Part shown: piece after piece, positions 16,539-24,000 of the stretch
Layout: each line of letters opens with the position of its first letter
How positions within the stretch are numbered: position 1 is the first letter of the stretch
Program-made: the position numbers and the translations under genes
Source: Peptoclostridium acidaminophilum DSM 3953
Lineage (GTDB): Bacteria; Bacillota; Clostridia; Peptostreptococcales; Peptostreptococcaceae
Reading direction: 5' to 3'
Length of the DNA stretch: 24,000 nucleotides
Assembly (NCBI RefSeq): GCF_000597865.1
Contig: NZ_CP007452.1
Span: forward strand, 417,183-441,182
Notes under the pieces: model-generated
What the model was told of the DNA's origin: nothing
The model's input: the letters and a program-made list of their open reading frames with translations, nothing else
Database searches by the model: none

Positions 16539-17008
16539 GAGAAAATCAAATACAACAATTTCAGAATCAACATTTTGGAAAGCTCACTGTCATAGAAATT
16601 GATAGTGAGTTTTTCTTTATAGGAAAAGAAGTCGCAGAACTACTGGGATACAAAAATGGTAGCAGAGATGTAAATCGGCATGTTGATGAAGAAGATCGGT
16701 GCATATTTCAAAACTACCAAAACGGTACTTTTGAAAATATACCAAATAGAGGAGTAACCATTATCAACGAATCAGGACTTTATAGCTTGATTTTGTTATC
16801 AAAGCTTCCGAGTGCAAAAGCTTTTAAACACTGGGTGACGAAAGAAGTTTTACCAAGCATTCGAAAACATGGTGGTTATATTGGAAATCAAGAAAATAAA
16901 TCAAATGAAGAAATTCTTGCCAGTGCAGTCCTTGTTGCTCAAAGGGTAATTCAGGAAAAAGAACAAGTAATCGAGCAGTTAAAACCAAAAGCAGATTACT
17001 ATGTGTGA
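16535..17008 (+). pseudogene. Bro-N/KilAC antirepressor, N-terminal fragment (native sequence to 17003; stop supplied by the IS)
   Basis: Bro-N motifs FGKLTVIEIDSEFFFIGKEVAELLGY, NRHVDEEDR, GVTIINESGLYSLILLSKLPSAKAFKHWVTKEVLPSIRKHGGY. The TGA at 17006-17008 lies inside the IS21 left end. Confidence 0.8.
16997..17003. repeat. Target-site duplication, left copy (TACTATG)
   Basis: Identical 7-mer abuts both IS21 ends. Removing the IS plus one copy restores the ORF as ...KPKADYYDQLVSQ... Confidence 0.75.
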
Positions 17009-17111
17009 ATGCTAGTATAAGAGTGAGCCATTTAGTGCCTTTGTGCTAACCAAAAAGTGAGCCACTTTTCAAAAAACCTGTATACTAATCTCAAAGATTA
17101 GTGCAGGGAGG

Positions 17112-18596
17112 ATGAAAGGTGTGATCATTGACGTGGACATTTACCAAAAGATTAGAGAAATGAGTACAATCCAGGGTATGTCTCAAAGGGCTATCGCTAA
17201 AACGCTCGGCATATCTCGCAATACCGTCAAAAAATATTGTGACGGTGACAGCGTTCCATGGGAACGCAAAGAATACAATCGTAAGGCAGACATTCTGACT
17301 GACGATGTATTAAAGTTCATTCTTCATTGCCTTGAGGAAGACAAATCCGAAAATATAAACAAACAGCAGCATACTGCAAGGCGCATATATCAACGGCTTG
17401 TAACTGAAAAACAGTTTGCCGGCGGCGAGTCAACAGTAAGATTGGCTGTAAAAAGGATTAAAGGGAATATTCCCAAGTCATTTATCCCATTGGAATTCGA
17501 TCCGGGGGAAGCTCTCCAAATTGATTGGGGAGAAGCCACCGTGTATCTTGACGGGATTAAAAACAAAATCAATCTCTTTTGTGCAAGGCTATGCTTCAGT
17601 TGCGCAATTTTCGTAATGGCATTCAAGCACCAGAACGAGGAATCCTTCTTGGAAGGTCAACAGAAGGCATTTGAATTCTTTGGCGGTATTCCTCATAAAA
17701 CAATATTTGATAATGCTAAAGTTGCAGTAAAAGAAGGCTTTGGCCAATACGCAAAGATTCAAAACAGGTACAAGGCCTTTAGCGCCCATTATGCATTTCA
17801 ACCGTTGTTTTGCAACATTGCAAGCGGAAATGAAAAGGGCCTGGTTGAAAACCTTGTAGGATTTTCAAGAAGAAACTTCCTGGTTCCTGTTCCAAGGATA
17901 AAAAACTTATCAGAGCTGAATAGTTTACTATCAGAAAAATGCAACGAGTATAAGCAGCATATGATACAAGGACGTGAGGGAACTGTCGGTATGCGGCTCT
18001 TTCAAGAAGCATCATACTTCTACTCACTTCCAAAATACAGTTTTGATACAAGCAAAACTGCGATTGCAAAAGTAAATGAATACTCCACAGTAAGGTTTGA
18101 TAAAAACAATTATTCAGTTCCGGCAACACTGATAGGCCAGGAAGCCACAATAAAGGCCTATGGCAACGAAATCAGAATACATCACAAGTCTGCAGTCGTG
18201 GCATCCTATGACCGCATCTATGGTCCAGGGGGCTACACCAGCTATACTCTGGAGCACTACATGCCACTTCTGGAACGAAAGCCACGCTCCGTATTCAACG
18301 CCAAACCTGTAAGGCAGGCTATTCAGAGAGACCTGCTTGAATGGGGAATGAAATTCCCAAATGCAAACAGGGATACTGTCAAACTTCTTCGATTGTGCCT
18401 TGATTATGGCACTGACAGGATAATCGGCATTAAAAACCAAATACCTGCTACGGTAAGTCCCACAATCGACCTGGTACGAAGTTACTTGGATGGTCCTGTA
18501 TCAAACGGCGTAATATCGGTTGCAACGGATATCTCAGTTGATAATGTGGACCTATCGGCTTATGATGCCAAATTCAAAGTGGCGGTGAACGGATAA
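17112..18596 (+). CDS. istA: IS21-family transposase IstA (HTH plus DDE/rve domain)
   Basis: N-terminal HTH GMSQRAIAKTLGISRNTVKKY. DDE region ALQIDWGEATVYLDG...FDNAKVAV...NEKGLVEN. The true start may be the GTG at 17121, which has better spacing from GGGAGG. Confidence 0.9.
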   Translation: MKGVIIDVDIYQKIREMSTIQGMSQRAIAKTLGISRNTVKKYCDGDSVPWERKEYNRKADILTDDVLKFILHCLEEDKSENINKQQHTARRIYQRLVTEKQFAGGESTVRLAVKRIKGNIPKSFIPLEFDPGEALQIDWGEATVYLDGIKNKINLFCARLCFSCAIFVMAFKHQNEESFLEGQQKAFEFFGGIPHKTIFDNAKVAVKEGFGQYAKIQNRYKAFSAHYAFQPLFCNIASGNEKGLVENLVGFSRRNFLVPVPRIKNLSELNSLLSEKCNEYKQHMIQGREGTVGMRLFQEASYFYSLPKYSFDTSKTAIAKVNEYSTVRFDKNNYSVPATLIGQEATIKAYGNEIRIHHKSAVVASYDRIYGPGGYTSYTLEHYMPLLERKPRSVFNAKPVRQAIQRDLLEWGMKFPNANRDTVKLLRLCLDYGTDRIIGIKNQIPATVSPTIDLVRSYLDGPVSNGVISVATDISVDNVDLSAYDAKFKVAVNG

Positions 18597-19339
18597 TGGG
18601 TGAAATAAACGTGAAGGCACAGTCTATTTCTCTTTACTGCAAGCAGCTCAAGCTCCCTACCTTTTGTGATTATGAAAATATGATCCGTCAGATGGACACC
18701 AATATGAGCTATGAGGATTTCCTCCTTGCGCTACTAAGAGTTGAGAACGACCAGCGTCAGGAAAATAATCGCAAAAGGCGGATCAAAGCTGCAAAGTATC
18801 CATATTTGAAGACTCTTGATGAATTTGATACAAGCCGGCTTAAACATGTAAAAGAACCTTTTATTTTTGAGTTGTCTGAGTGCGACTACATAGACAAACA
18901 TCAAAACATTGTAATGATAGGGAATCCCGGAACAGGCAAGACGCATCTTGCAATAAGCCTTGGCTTGAAAGCCTGCACCCTCGGATATTCCGTCAAGTTT
19001 TATAACGCCGCATCACTTGCAACTGAATTGGTCGAGGCCAGCGAGTACAAAAGGCTGGCAAAGCTTGAAAAACAGCTGTCTAAAGTTGATCTGCTAATAC
19101 TAGATGAACTCTCATACCTAAGCTTTAACAGGCATCAGTCAGATCTGCTTTTCAAGGTAATCTCTGATCGATCCGAAAAAGGCAGCATCATAATAACCAC
19201 AAATCTTGAATTCTCAAGATGGACAGAGCTTTTCGATAATCCAATAATGGTCGCAGCCCTAGTTGACAGAATAACATTCCGCTCCTATGTATTAAACATG
19301 AATGGCGATTCTTATCGAAAGGACAGCAACAGCAAATAA
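18596..19339 (+). CDS. istB: IS21-family helper ATPase IstB
   Basis: The ATG overlaps the istA stop (TAATG). Walker A GNPGTGKTHLA, Walker B LLILDELSY, TTNL. Confidence 0.9.
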   Translation: MGEINVKAQSISLYCKQLKLPTFCDYENMIRQMDTNMSYEDFLLALLRVENDQRQENNRKRRIKAAKYPYLKTLDEFDTSRLKHVKEPFIFELSECDYIDKHQNIVMIGNPGTGKTHLAISLGLKACTLGYSVKFYNAASLATELVEASEYKRLAKLEKQLSKVDLLILDELSYLSFNRHQSDLLFKVISDRSEKGSIIITTNLEFSRWTELFDNPIMVAALVDRITFRSYVLNMNGDSYRKDSNSK

Positions 19340-19504
19340 AAGATGAATTAAGGGAAATGAAGGCTAAACCCAATTTCCCTTCTTTATTACAATAAGTGGC
19401 TCAAATATTCATTAGCACAAATATGAAAATGGTATACTTTTTCATTAGCACAGGTGGCTCAGAAATTCACTAGCGCCTGGCTCAAATATTCATTGACATT
19501 CAGA

Positions 19505-19511
19505 TACTATG
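19505..19511. repeat. Target-site duplication, right copy (TACTATG)
   Basis: See the left copy at 16997-17003. Confidence 0.75.
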
Positions 19512-19792
19512 ATCAGCTAGTGAGTCAAAATCTTTTAACGAACCTAAGAAACACAGCAAAGGAGCTAAAAATTCCACAAAATAAATTCATTGCGTTTTTA
19601 CTGGAAAACAAATATATCTATCGAGATAAGTATGAAAGGCTTCTTCCCTATGCACAAAAGAACAAGGGCTATTTCGAGATTAAAGAGTGGTACAACTTCT
19701 ATAATGATTTAGTTGGGATTCAAACCATGGTAACACCAAAAGGTCGGGAGCATTTTCTGATTCTGACTGGAGGTGATGTCACTTGTGACTAG
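19505..19792 (+). pseudogene. Bro-N/KilAC antirepressor, C-terminal (KilAC-like) fragment
   Basis: Reads YYDQLVSQNLLTNLRNTAKELKIPQNKFIAFLLENKYIYRDK...MVTPKGREHF in frame with the N-terminal fragment once the IS is removed. The track start at 19454 lies inside the IS right end. Confidence 0.8.
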
Positions 19793-21569
19793 TAAAATAC
19801 CTCAAGATATAAAGTCTGTATTTATCGGGCAGGATTGGAAGAAACTACTGAAAGTAAACATTGCATATCTTGCCTTTTTCTATGTCGGTAATATCTTTTC
19901 AGCTCATGTAAGAGCCTACCAAGGTGGCGATATCATTGACCGAATTATGACTGCAATCGTAGAACTGGAGACAATGAAGTTTATTCCTAGTTTTCATCCA
20001 AATGATTTACTAATTGGCATAGCTGTTGCTGGTCTCATGAAGTTCATCGTTTACACCAAAGGTAAGAAAGCGAAGAAGTTTCGAGAAGGAAAAGAGTATG
20101 GCTCTGCTAGATGGGGAAACGCTAAAGACATCAAACCTTATATTGATGAAAAGTACGATAACAATGTGCTCTTTACCAACACGGAGCGTCTCACCATGAA
20201 TGGTAGACCCAGTAATCCCAAATATGCCAGAAATAAGAATGTACTGGTAATCGGTGGTTCAGGTTCAGGTAAAACAAGATTCTTTGTAAAACCAAATCTC
20301 ATGCAGATGCATTCTTCCTATGTGGTGACAGACCCGAAAGGCACGATTGTCTTAGAGTGCGGAAAGATGCTTGAAGAAAATGGTTATGAGATAAAAATCC
20401 TTAATACCATCAATTTTAAGAAAAGCATGAAATACAATCCCTTTGCCTATTTGAAAAGTGAAAAAGACATCTTAAAACTGGTTCAAACGATTATTGCCAA
20501 TACCAAAGGCGAGGGAGAAAAAGCAGGTGAAGATTTCTGGGTTAAAGCGGAAAAACTGTATTACACAGCCCTTATTGGCTACATCTACTATGAAGCTCCA
20601 AGAGAAGAAAAGAACTTCAAGACGCTTCTGGATATGATTGATGCTTCTGAAGTTCGTGAAGATGATGAAAGCTATATGAACCCAATTGATCGGCTATTTG
20701 AAGCCTTAGAAAAGAAACGCCCTACCCATTTTGCAGTGAAGCAGTATAAGAAATACAAGCTTGCAGCAGGAAAAACAGCAAAGAGTATTCTCATCTCATG
20801 TGGTGCAAGGCTCGCTCCCTTTGATATTGAAGAGTTAAGGGAGTTGATGAGTGAAGATGAAATGGCACTTGATACCATCGGTGATAAGAAGACTGCACTC
20901 TTTGTCATTATTTCAGATACGGATGACACCTTTAATTTCGTAGTTTCTATCATGTATTCTCAACTCTTTAATCTACTGTGTGATAAAGCAGATGATGTGT
21001 ATGGAGGCAGACTTCCTGTGCATGTTCGATTCTTACTAGATGAGTTTGCAAATATCGGGTTAATCCCAAAATTTGAAAAGCTGATTGCAACCATTCGTTC
21101 AAGAGAAATTTCAGCAAGCATCATCTTGCAATCACAATCTCAGCTCAAAGCCATCTACAAAGATCATGCAGATACCATCATTGGTAACTGTGATAGCACT
21201 TTGTTCCTTGGTGGAAAAGAGAAAACGACACTCAAAGAACTCTCTGAAACACTGGGGAAAGAAACTATTGACCTTTATAACACATCGGAAACCAGAAGCA
21301 ATCAAAAGTCCTTTGGTCTTAACTATCAGAAAGTTGGTAAAGAGCTGATGAGCCAAGATGAAATAACAGTGATGGATGGTGGAAAATGCATCTTTCAGTT
21401 AAGAGGGGTCCGCCCATTCTTGTCAGATAAATTTGATATCACCAAGCACAAGAACTATAAGCTCTTGGAGGATTACGATAAGAAAAATTTATTTGATGTA
21501 GAGAAGTATATGAAGCGAGTCGGTAAGGCAAAGGTCACAGCCAATACAAAGTTAAACACCATAAGCTGA
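19773..21569 (+). CDS. Type IV secretion coupling protein (VirD4/TraG-like, CD1115-type)
   Basis: Two N-terminal TM segments. Walker A VLVIGGSGSGKTRFFVKPNL, Walker B FLLDEFANIG. 598 aa. Overlaps the end of the antirepressor gene. Confidence 0.9.
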   Translation: MMSLVTSKIPQDIKSVFIGQDWKKLLKVNIAYLAFFYVGNIFSAHVRAYQGGDIIDRIMTAIVELETMKFIPSFHPNDLLIGIAVAGLMKFIVYTKGKKAKKFREGKEYGSARWGNAKDIKPYIDEKYDNNVLFTNTERLTMNGRPSNPKYARNKNVLVIGGSGSGKTRFFVKPNLMQMHSSYVVTDPKGTIVLECGKMLEENGYEIKILNTINFKKSMKYNPFAYLKSEKDILKLVQTIIANTKGEGEKAGEDFWVKAEKLYYTALIGYIYYEAPREEKNFKTLLDMIDASEVREDDESYMNPIDRLFEALEKKRPTHFAVKQYKKYKLAAGKTAKSILISCGARLAPFDIEELRELMSEDEMALDTIGDKKTALFVIISDTDDTFNFVVSIMYSQLFNLLCDKADDVYGGRLPVHVRFLLDEFANIGLIPKFEKLIATIRSREISASIILQSQSQLKAIYKDHADTIIGNCDSTLFLGGKEKTTLKELSETLGKETIDLYNTSETRSNQKSFGLNYQKVGKELMSQDEITVMDGGKCIFQLRGVRPFLSDKFDITKHKNYKLLEDYDKKNLFDVEKYMKRVGKAKVTANTKLNTIS

Positions 21570-21642
21570 TTCAGGAGAAAGGAGCTTAAATGAAGAGGAT
21601 AAGAAGTCCCACTAAAAATTTAATAGCAGAATGTATCAGTTA

Positions 21643-21680
21643 AGCGATTGAAAGAGAAAGAAATCTTCCAGTCGCTTTTT
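21643..21680 (+). terminator. Rho-independent terminator after the coupling-protein gene
   Basis: AGCGATTG ... CAGTCGCT 8-bp stem (one G-U pair, 18-nt loop) followed by T5. Confidence 0.55.
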
Positions 21681-21710
21681 AAATTTCAAAGAAAACAGGA
21701 GAAAAGATAA

Positions 21711-22022
21711 ATGGAAATGAATTTAGAGATGATTAACATCAACGCAAACCTAGTTAAAGAACCAGTCTTTAGTAGTTTTGAGAAAAACGGAGAAACCATT
21801 GAAGTGGTGAACTTCACTTTGGTCAAAAGCTATGGCAAGGACAAAGAATATACCAATTGCTCAGCCTATGGCGAGAAGGTAGAGCTTGCAAGAGAGCTTA
21901 GACCAGGCGATTTCGTTCATGTCTTTGGTTACTTCAAAGAGAGGGTCAAGGGCGATAAGACCTATAAAAATTTCATCGTCAAATCATATAACAAAATCAC
22001 AGAAAACAAGGAGGAAGAATAA
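21711..22022 (+). CDS. Small OB-fold single-stranded DNA-binding-like protein
   Basis: 103 aa. SSB-like pattern: ININANLVKEPVF..., EVVNFTLV, NCSAYGEKVELARELRPGDFVHVFGYFKER, with an acidic tail EEE. The call is divergent and made by eye only. Confidence 0.6.
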   Translation: MEMNLEMININANLVKEPVFSSFEKNGETIEVVNFTLVKSYGKDKEYTNCSAYGEKVELARELRPGDFVHVFGYFKERVKGDKTYKNFIVKSYNKITENKEEE

Positions 22023-22237
22023 TGGGATTTTTTGTAGAAGGCGTTAACGTATTAAAAACCTTAGTCATGGCACTAGGAGCAGGTCTTGGAGCATGGGGCG
22101 TTATCAATCTTATGGAAGGTTACGGGAATGATAACCCTGGTGCAAAGTCACAAGGTATTAAACAGCTAATGGCTGGTGGAGGTATCACACTGATTGCAAT
22201 GAAACTTATTCCACTACTTGCAGATGTATTGAACTAA
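22022..22237 (+). CDS. Maff2-family small membrane protein of conjugative elements
   Basis: The ATG overlaps the previous stop (TAATG). LVMALGAGLGAWGVINLMEGYGNDNPGAKSQGIKQLMAGGGI is the characteristic Maff2 core. Confidence 0.75.
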   Translation: MGFFVEGVNVLKTLVMALGAGLGAWGVINLMEGYGNDNPGAKSQGIKQLMAGGGITLIAMKLIPLLADVLN

Positions 22238-22249
22238 GGAGCGTAACTT

Positions 22250-22831
22250 ATGTTTGGGATTTTCGATAAAATTACAGAGTTCTTTAAGGAACTACTCATC
22301 GGAGGTATCCAAGCAAACCTTGAATCGATGTTCTTAGATATCAACAATCAAGTGGCGTCAGTCGCAAGCGATGTAGGGCAAACACCTATGGGATGGAATG
22401 GAGAAGTCTTTAATTTCATTAAGACGATCAACAACAATGTCATTATCCCGATTGCAGGACTGATAATCACAGCTGTACTTTGTATTGAGCTCATTAATCT
22501 GGTGATGCAGAAAAACAACATGCATGACTCTGATACCTTTGAGTTCTTCAAGTACATTATCAAAATGTGGGTGGCAGTCTATCTTGTCACCCATGCTTTT
22601 GATTTCAGTATGGCAGTCTTTGATGTTGCTCAGAGTCTCGTCAATCAAGCGGCGGGAGTCATAAATACCAGTGCGGTAGTTTCAATGGATCAAGTCACGG
22701 AGATGGTTGCACTGCTTGCTGATAAAGGGATAGGAGAACTCATTATGATTCTTCTTGAGACTTCCCTAGTGAAAATTTCAATCCAAGCGATCTCATTGAT
22801 TATCACAGTCGTGGTATATGGCCGTATGTGA
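22250..22831 (+). pseudogene. VirB6/TrbL-like conjugal transfer membrane protein (CD1112-type), 3'-truncated by IS256 insertion
   Basis: RBS AAGGAG. Multi-TM protein in the expected position after Maff2. The ORF stops at VVYGRM* exactly where IS256-end-like sequence (GAGTGTGTAAAATAAAGTGTG) begins. From memory, family members are roughly 100 aa longer. Confidence 0.65.
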
Positions 22832-24000
22832 GTGTGTAAAATAAAGTGTGTATCTTCCTTGGAATTGATATAATCAAACTATCATTCAAGGAGGTATGCA
22901 CTTTTTATATGGGGATTTTAAGTAAAGATCAAATAAGACAAATGATAAAGCATTACGGAATCAAGGATGCAAAGGACATCCATGAGGCTCTTAAGGACAT
23001 GTTTTCAGAAACAATCCAGGAGATGCTTGAGGCTGAACTTGATGAGCACCTTGGATATTCAAAATATGACTATAAAAACAAGGAAACGACTAATAGCCGA
23101 AACGGCAAAAGAAGCAAGAAGATACTATCAGACCTTGGGGAGTTTGAAATCGAGGTGCCAAGAGATAGGGACGGTGATTTTGAGCCTGTGGTTGTAAAAA
23201 ATCATCAAAGAAGCGTATCAGGAATAGAAGACCAAGTAATAGGAATGTATGCAAAGGGCATGACAACAAGAGACATAGCAGCTCAGCTAGAAAAGATATA
23301 CGGGATAGATGCTTCTCCCACACTAATATCAAAGATAACAGATAAGATCCTTCCACTTGCTCAAGAATGGCAAAATCGGCCGCTAGAGCCGATTTATCCG
23401 ATTATATTTATGGACGCGATACACTATAAAGTCAGGCAGGATGGCAAGGTTATCTGCAAGGCCGCATACGCAGTAATAGGAGTCAACATCGAGGGCAAAA
23501 AGGATGTACTTGGCCTTTGGATAGGGGAAAACGAGACAGCCAAGTACTGGCTGCAGGTTCTAAACGACTTGAAAAACAGGGGCGTAAAAGACATCCTTAT
23601 AGCATCAATAGATGGGCTAAACGGCTTCTCTGATGCGATAAGAGCGGTTTTTCCAAACACGGACATACAAAGATGCATAGTCCATCAGATAAGAAACTCG
23701 CTAAGCTATGTATCATACAAGGACAGAAAAGCCTTCGCAAAAGAGCTCAAGGAAGTGTACTCGGCCATAAACGAGCAAACAGCCCTAATAGAGCTTGAAA
23801 AGCTCGAAGAAAAATGGGGTGAAAAATACTATATAAGCCTAAAATCATGGAGAAACAACTGGGATGAGCTTTCGGCTTATTTCAAGTATCCTGATGAAAT
23901 CAGAAAAATAATCTACACGACAAACTCCATGGAGAGCTACAACAGGCAGCTTAGAAAAGTGACCAAAAGCAAGAGTATATTCCCAAGCGATGATTCTCTA
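22829..24000 (+). mobile_element. IS256-family insertion sequence, left part (continues past the window end); left boundary +/-5 bp
   Basis: IR-like terminus, then an 80-nt leader with AAGGAGG, then the transposase ORF. Codon usage is ATA/AGA-rich like the core genome and unlike the surrounding ICE. Confidence 0.8.
22909..24000 (+). CDS. IS256-family (Transposase_mut) transposase, first 364 codons; 3' end outside the window
   Basis: It is not in the ORF track because it has no stop. My own translation gives MGILSKDQIRQMIKHYGIKDAKDIHEALKDMFSETIQEMLEAELDEHLGYSKYD...NSRNGKRSKKILSDLGEFEIEVPRDRDGDFEPVVV...GMYAKGMTTRDI...IIFMDAIHYKVRQDG...VLGLWIGENETAKYW...IASIDGLNGF...IQRCIVHQIRNS...TTNSMESYNRQLRKVTK. 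No stop occurs over 1092 nt. Confidence 0.9.
   Translation, partial: MGILSKDQIRQMIKHYGIKDAKDIHEALKDMFSETIQEMLEAELDEHLGYSKYDYKNKETTNSRNGKRSKKILSDLGEFEIEVPRDRDGDFEPVVVKNHQRSVSGIEDQVIGMYAKGMTTRDIAAQLEKIYGIDASPTLISKITDKILPLAQEWQNRPLEPIYPIIFMDAIHYKVRQDGKVICKAAYAVIGVNIEGKKDVLGLWIGENETAKYWLQVLNDLKNRGVKDILIASIDGLNGFSDAIRAVFPNTDIQRCIVHQIRNSLSYVSYKDRKAFAKELKEVYSAINEQTALIELEKLEEKWGEKYYISLKSWRNNWDELSAYFKYPDEIRKIIYTTNSMESYNRQLRKVTKSKSIFPSDDSL

Larger units (their letters stand above)
17004..19504 (+). mobile_element. IS21-family insertion sequence, 2501 bp, complete
   Basis: Carries istA and istB. Imperfect terminal IRs TGTGAATG... / ...CATTCAGA with multiple subterminal GTGAGCCA / TGGCTCA repeats. Flanked by a 7-bp direct repeat. 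Confidence 0.85.
13083..24000 (+). mobile_element. Partial integrative conjugative element backbone (Tn1549/CTn4-like gene set), continuing beyond the window; left limit uncertain and could be as far left as about 9821
   Basis: Colinear, tightly coupled + strand genes: RepA_N, DnaC-like, PcfB, Bro-N/KilAC, VirD4, SSB-like, Maff2, VirB6-like. The composition is AT-richer than the core. It starts where hsdM homology breaks. No integrase or relaxase lies inside the window. Confidence 0.7.

Noticed and set aside
19454-19504. Track start MAQKFTSAWLKYSLTFR of ORF 19454-19792
   Set aside because: These 17 codons lie inside the IS21 right terminal repeats. The real coding sequence is the C-terminal part of the interrupted antirepressor, beginning at the TSD.
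21590-21643. 17-codon ORF MKRIRSPTKNLIAECIS after virD4, with AAAGGAG upstream
   Set aside because: It is too short, has no recognisable features, and runs straight into the terminator stem. It is kept only as a note.
22967-23678. Track ORFs 22967-23197 (+), 23090-23356 (-) and 23424-23678 (-)
   Set aside because: They are out-of-frame or antisense shadows of the IS256-family transposase ORF, which occupies 22909-24000.
1-24000. CRISPR arrays, tRNA/rRNA genes, retron or DGR-like repeats, and a tRNA integration target at the island boundary
   Set aside because: Scanning intergenic regions by eye, I saw no regularly spaced direct repeats and no cloverleaf-compatible or rRNA-like sequence. I cannot exclude small ncRNAs without covariance-model searches.

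Overview
This looks like a low-GC Bacillota chromosome; the ATA/AGA/AGG-rich codon usage is Clostridia/Tissierellia-like, but the organism cannot be named from sequence alone. All supported genes are on the + strand.

**Core genome (1-9820).** dnaE is cut by the window edge. It is followed by the pfkA-pyk pair, an NSS/SNF sodium symporter, and a 38-aa MetS-like small subunit that is too short for the ORF track. A four-TM hypothetical protein and the TRAM-domain 23S rRNA m5U methyltransferase rumA complete this part.

**Accessory DNA (from about 9.8 kb).** The sequence becomes visibly AT-richer.
- 10212-13181 holds an R-less, decayed type I-like restriction-modification cluster: a half-size HsdS translationally coupled to a frameshifted gamma-class methylase with atypical motifs, then a second hsdM cut off right after motif I.
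- 13336-14327 holds an unassigned two-gene cassette: an unknown 142-aa protein plus a stand-alone HsdR-N-like PD-(D/E)XK protein. This is my best candidate for something undescribed.
- From about 14.4 kb there is a Tn1549/CTn4-type conjugative element backbone: RepA_N, a DnaC-like loader, PcfB, a Bro-N/KilAC antirepressor, a VirD4 coupling protein, an SSB-like protein, Maff2 and a VirB6-like protein.

**The backbone is hit twice by IS elements.**
- An IS21-family element (17004-19504, 7-bp TSD TACTATG) splits the antirepressor gene.
- An IS256-family element truncates the VirB6-like gene. Its transposase ORF (22909-24000) runs off the window and is missing from the ORF track.

**Limits.** I recognised no CRISPR array, tRNA or rRNA. 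All family calls come from motif recognition by eye. No database search, HMM scan or fold prediction was run.
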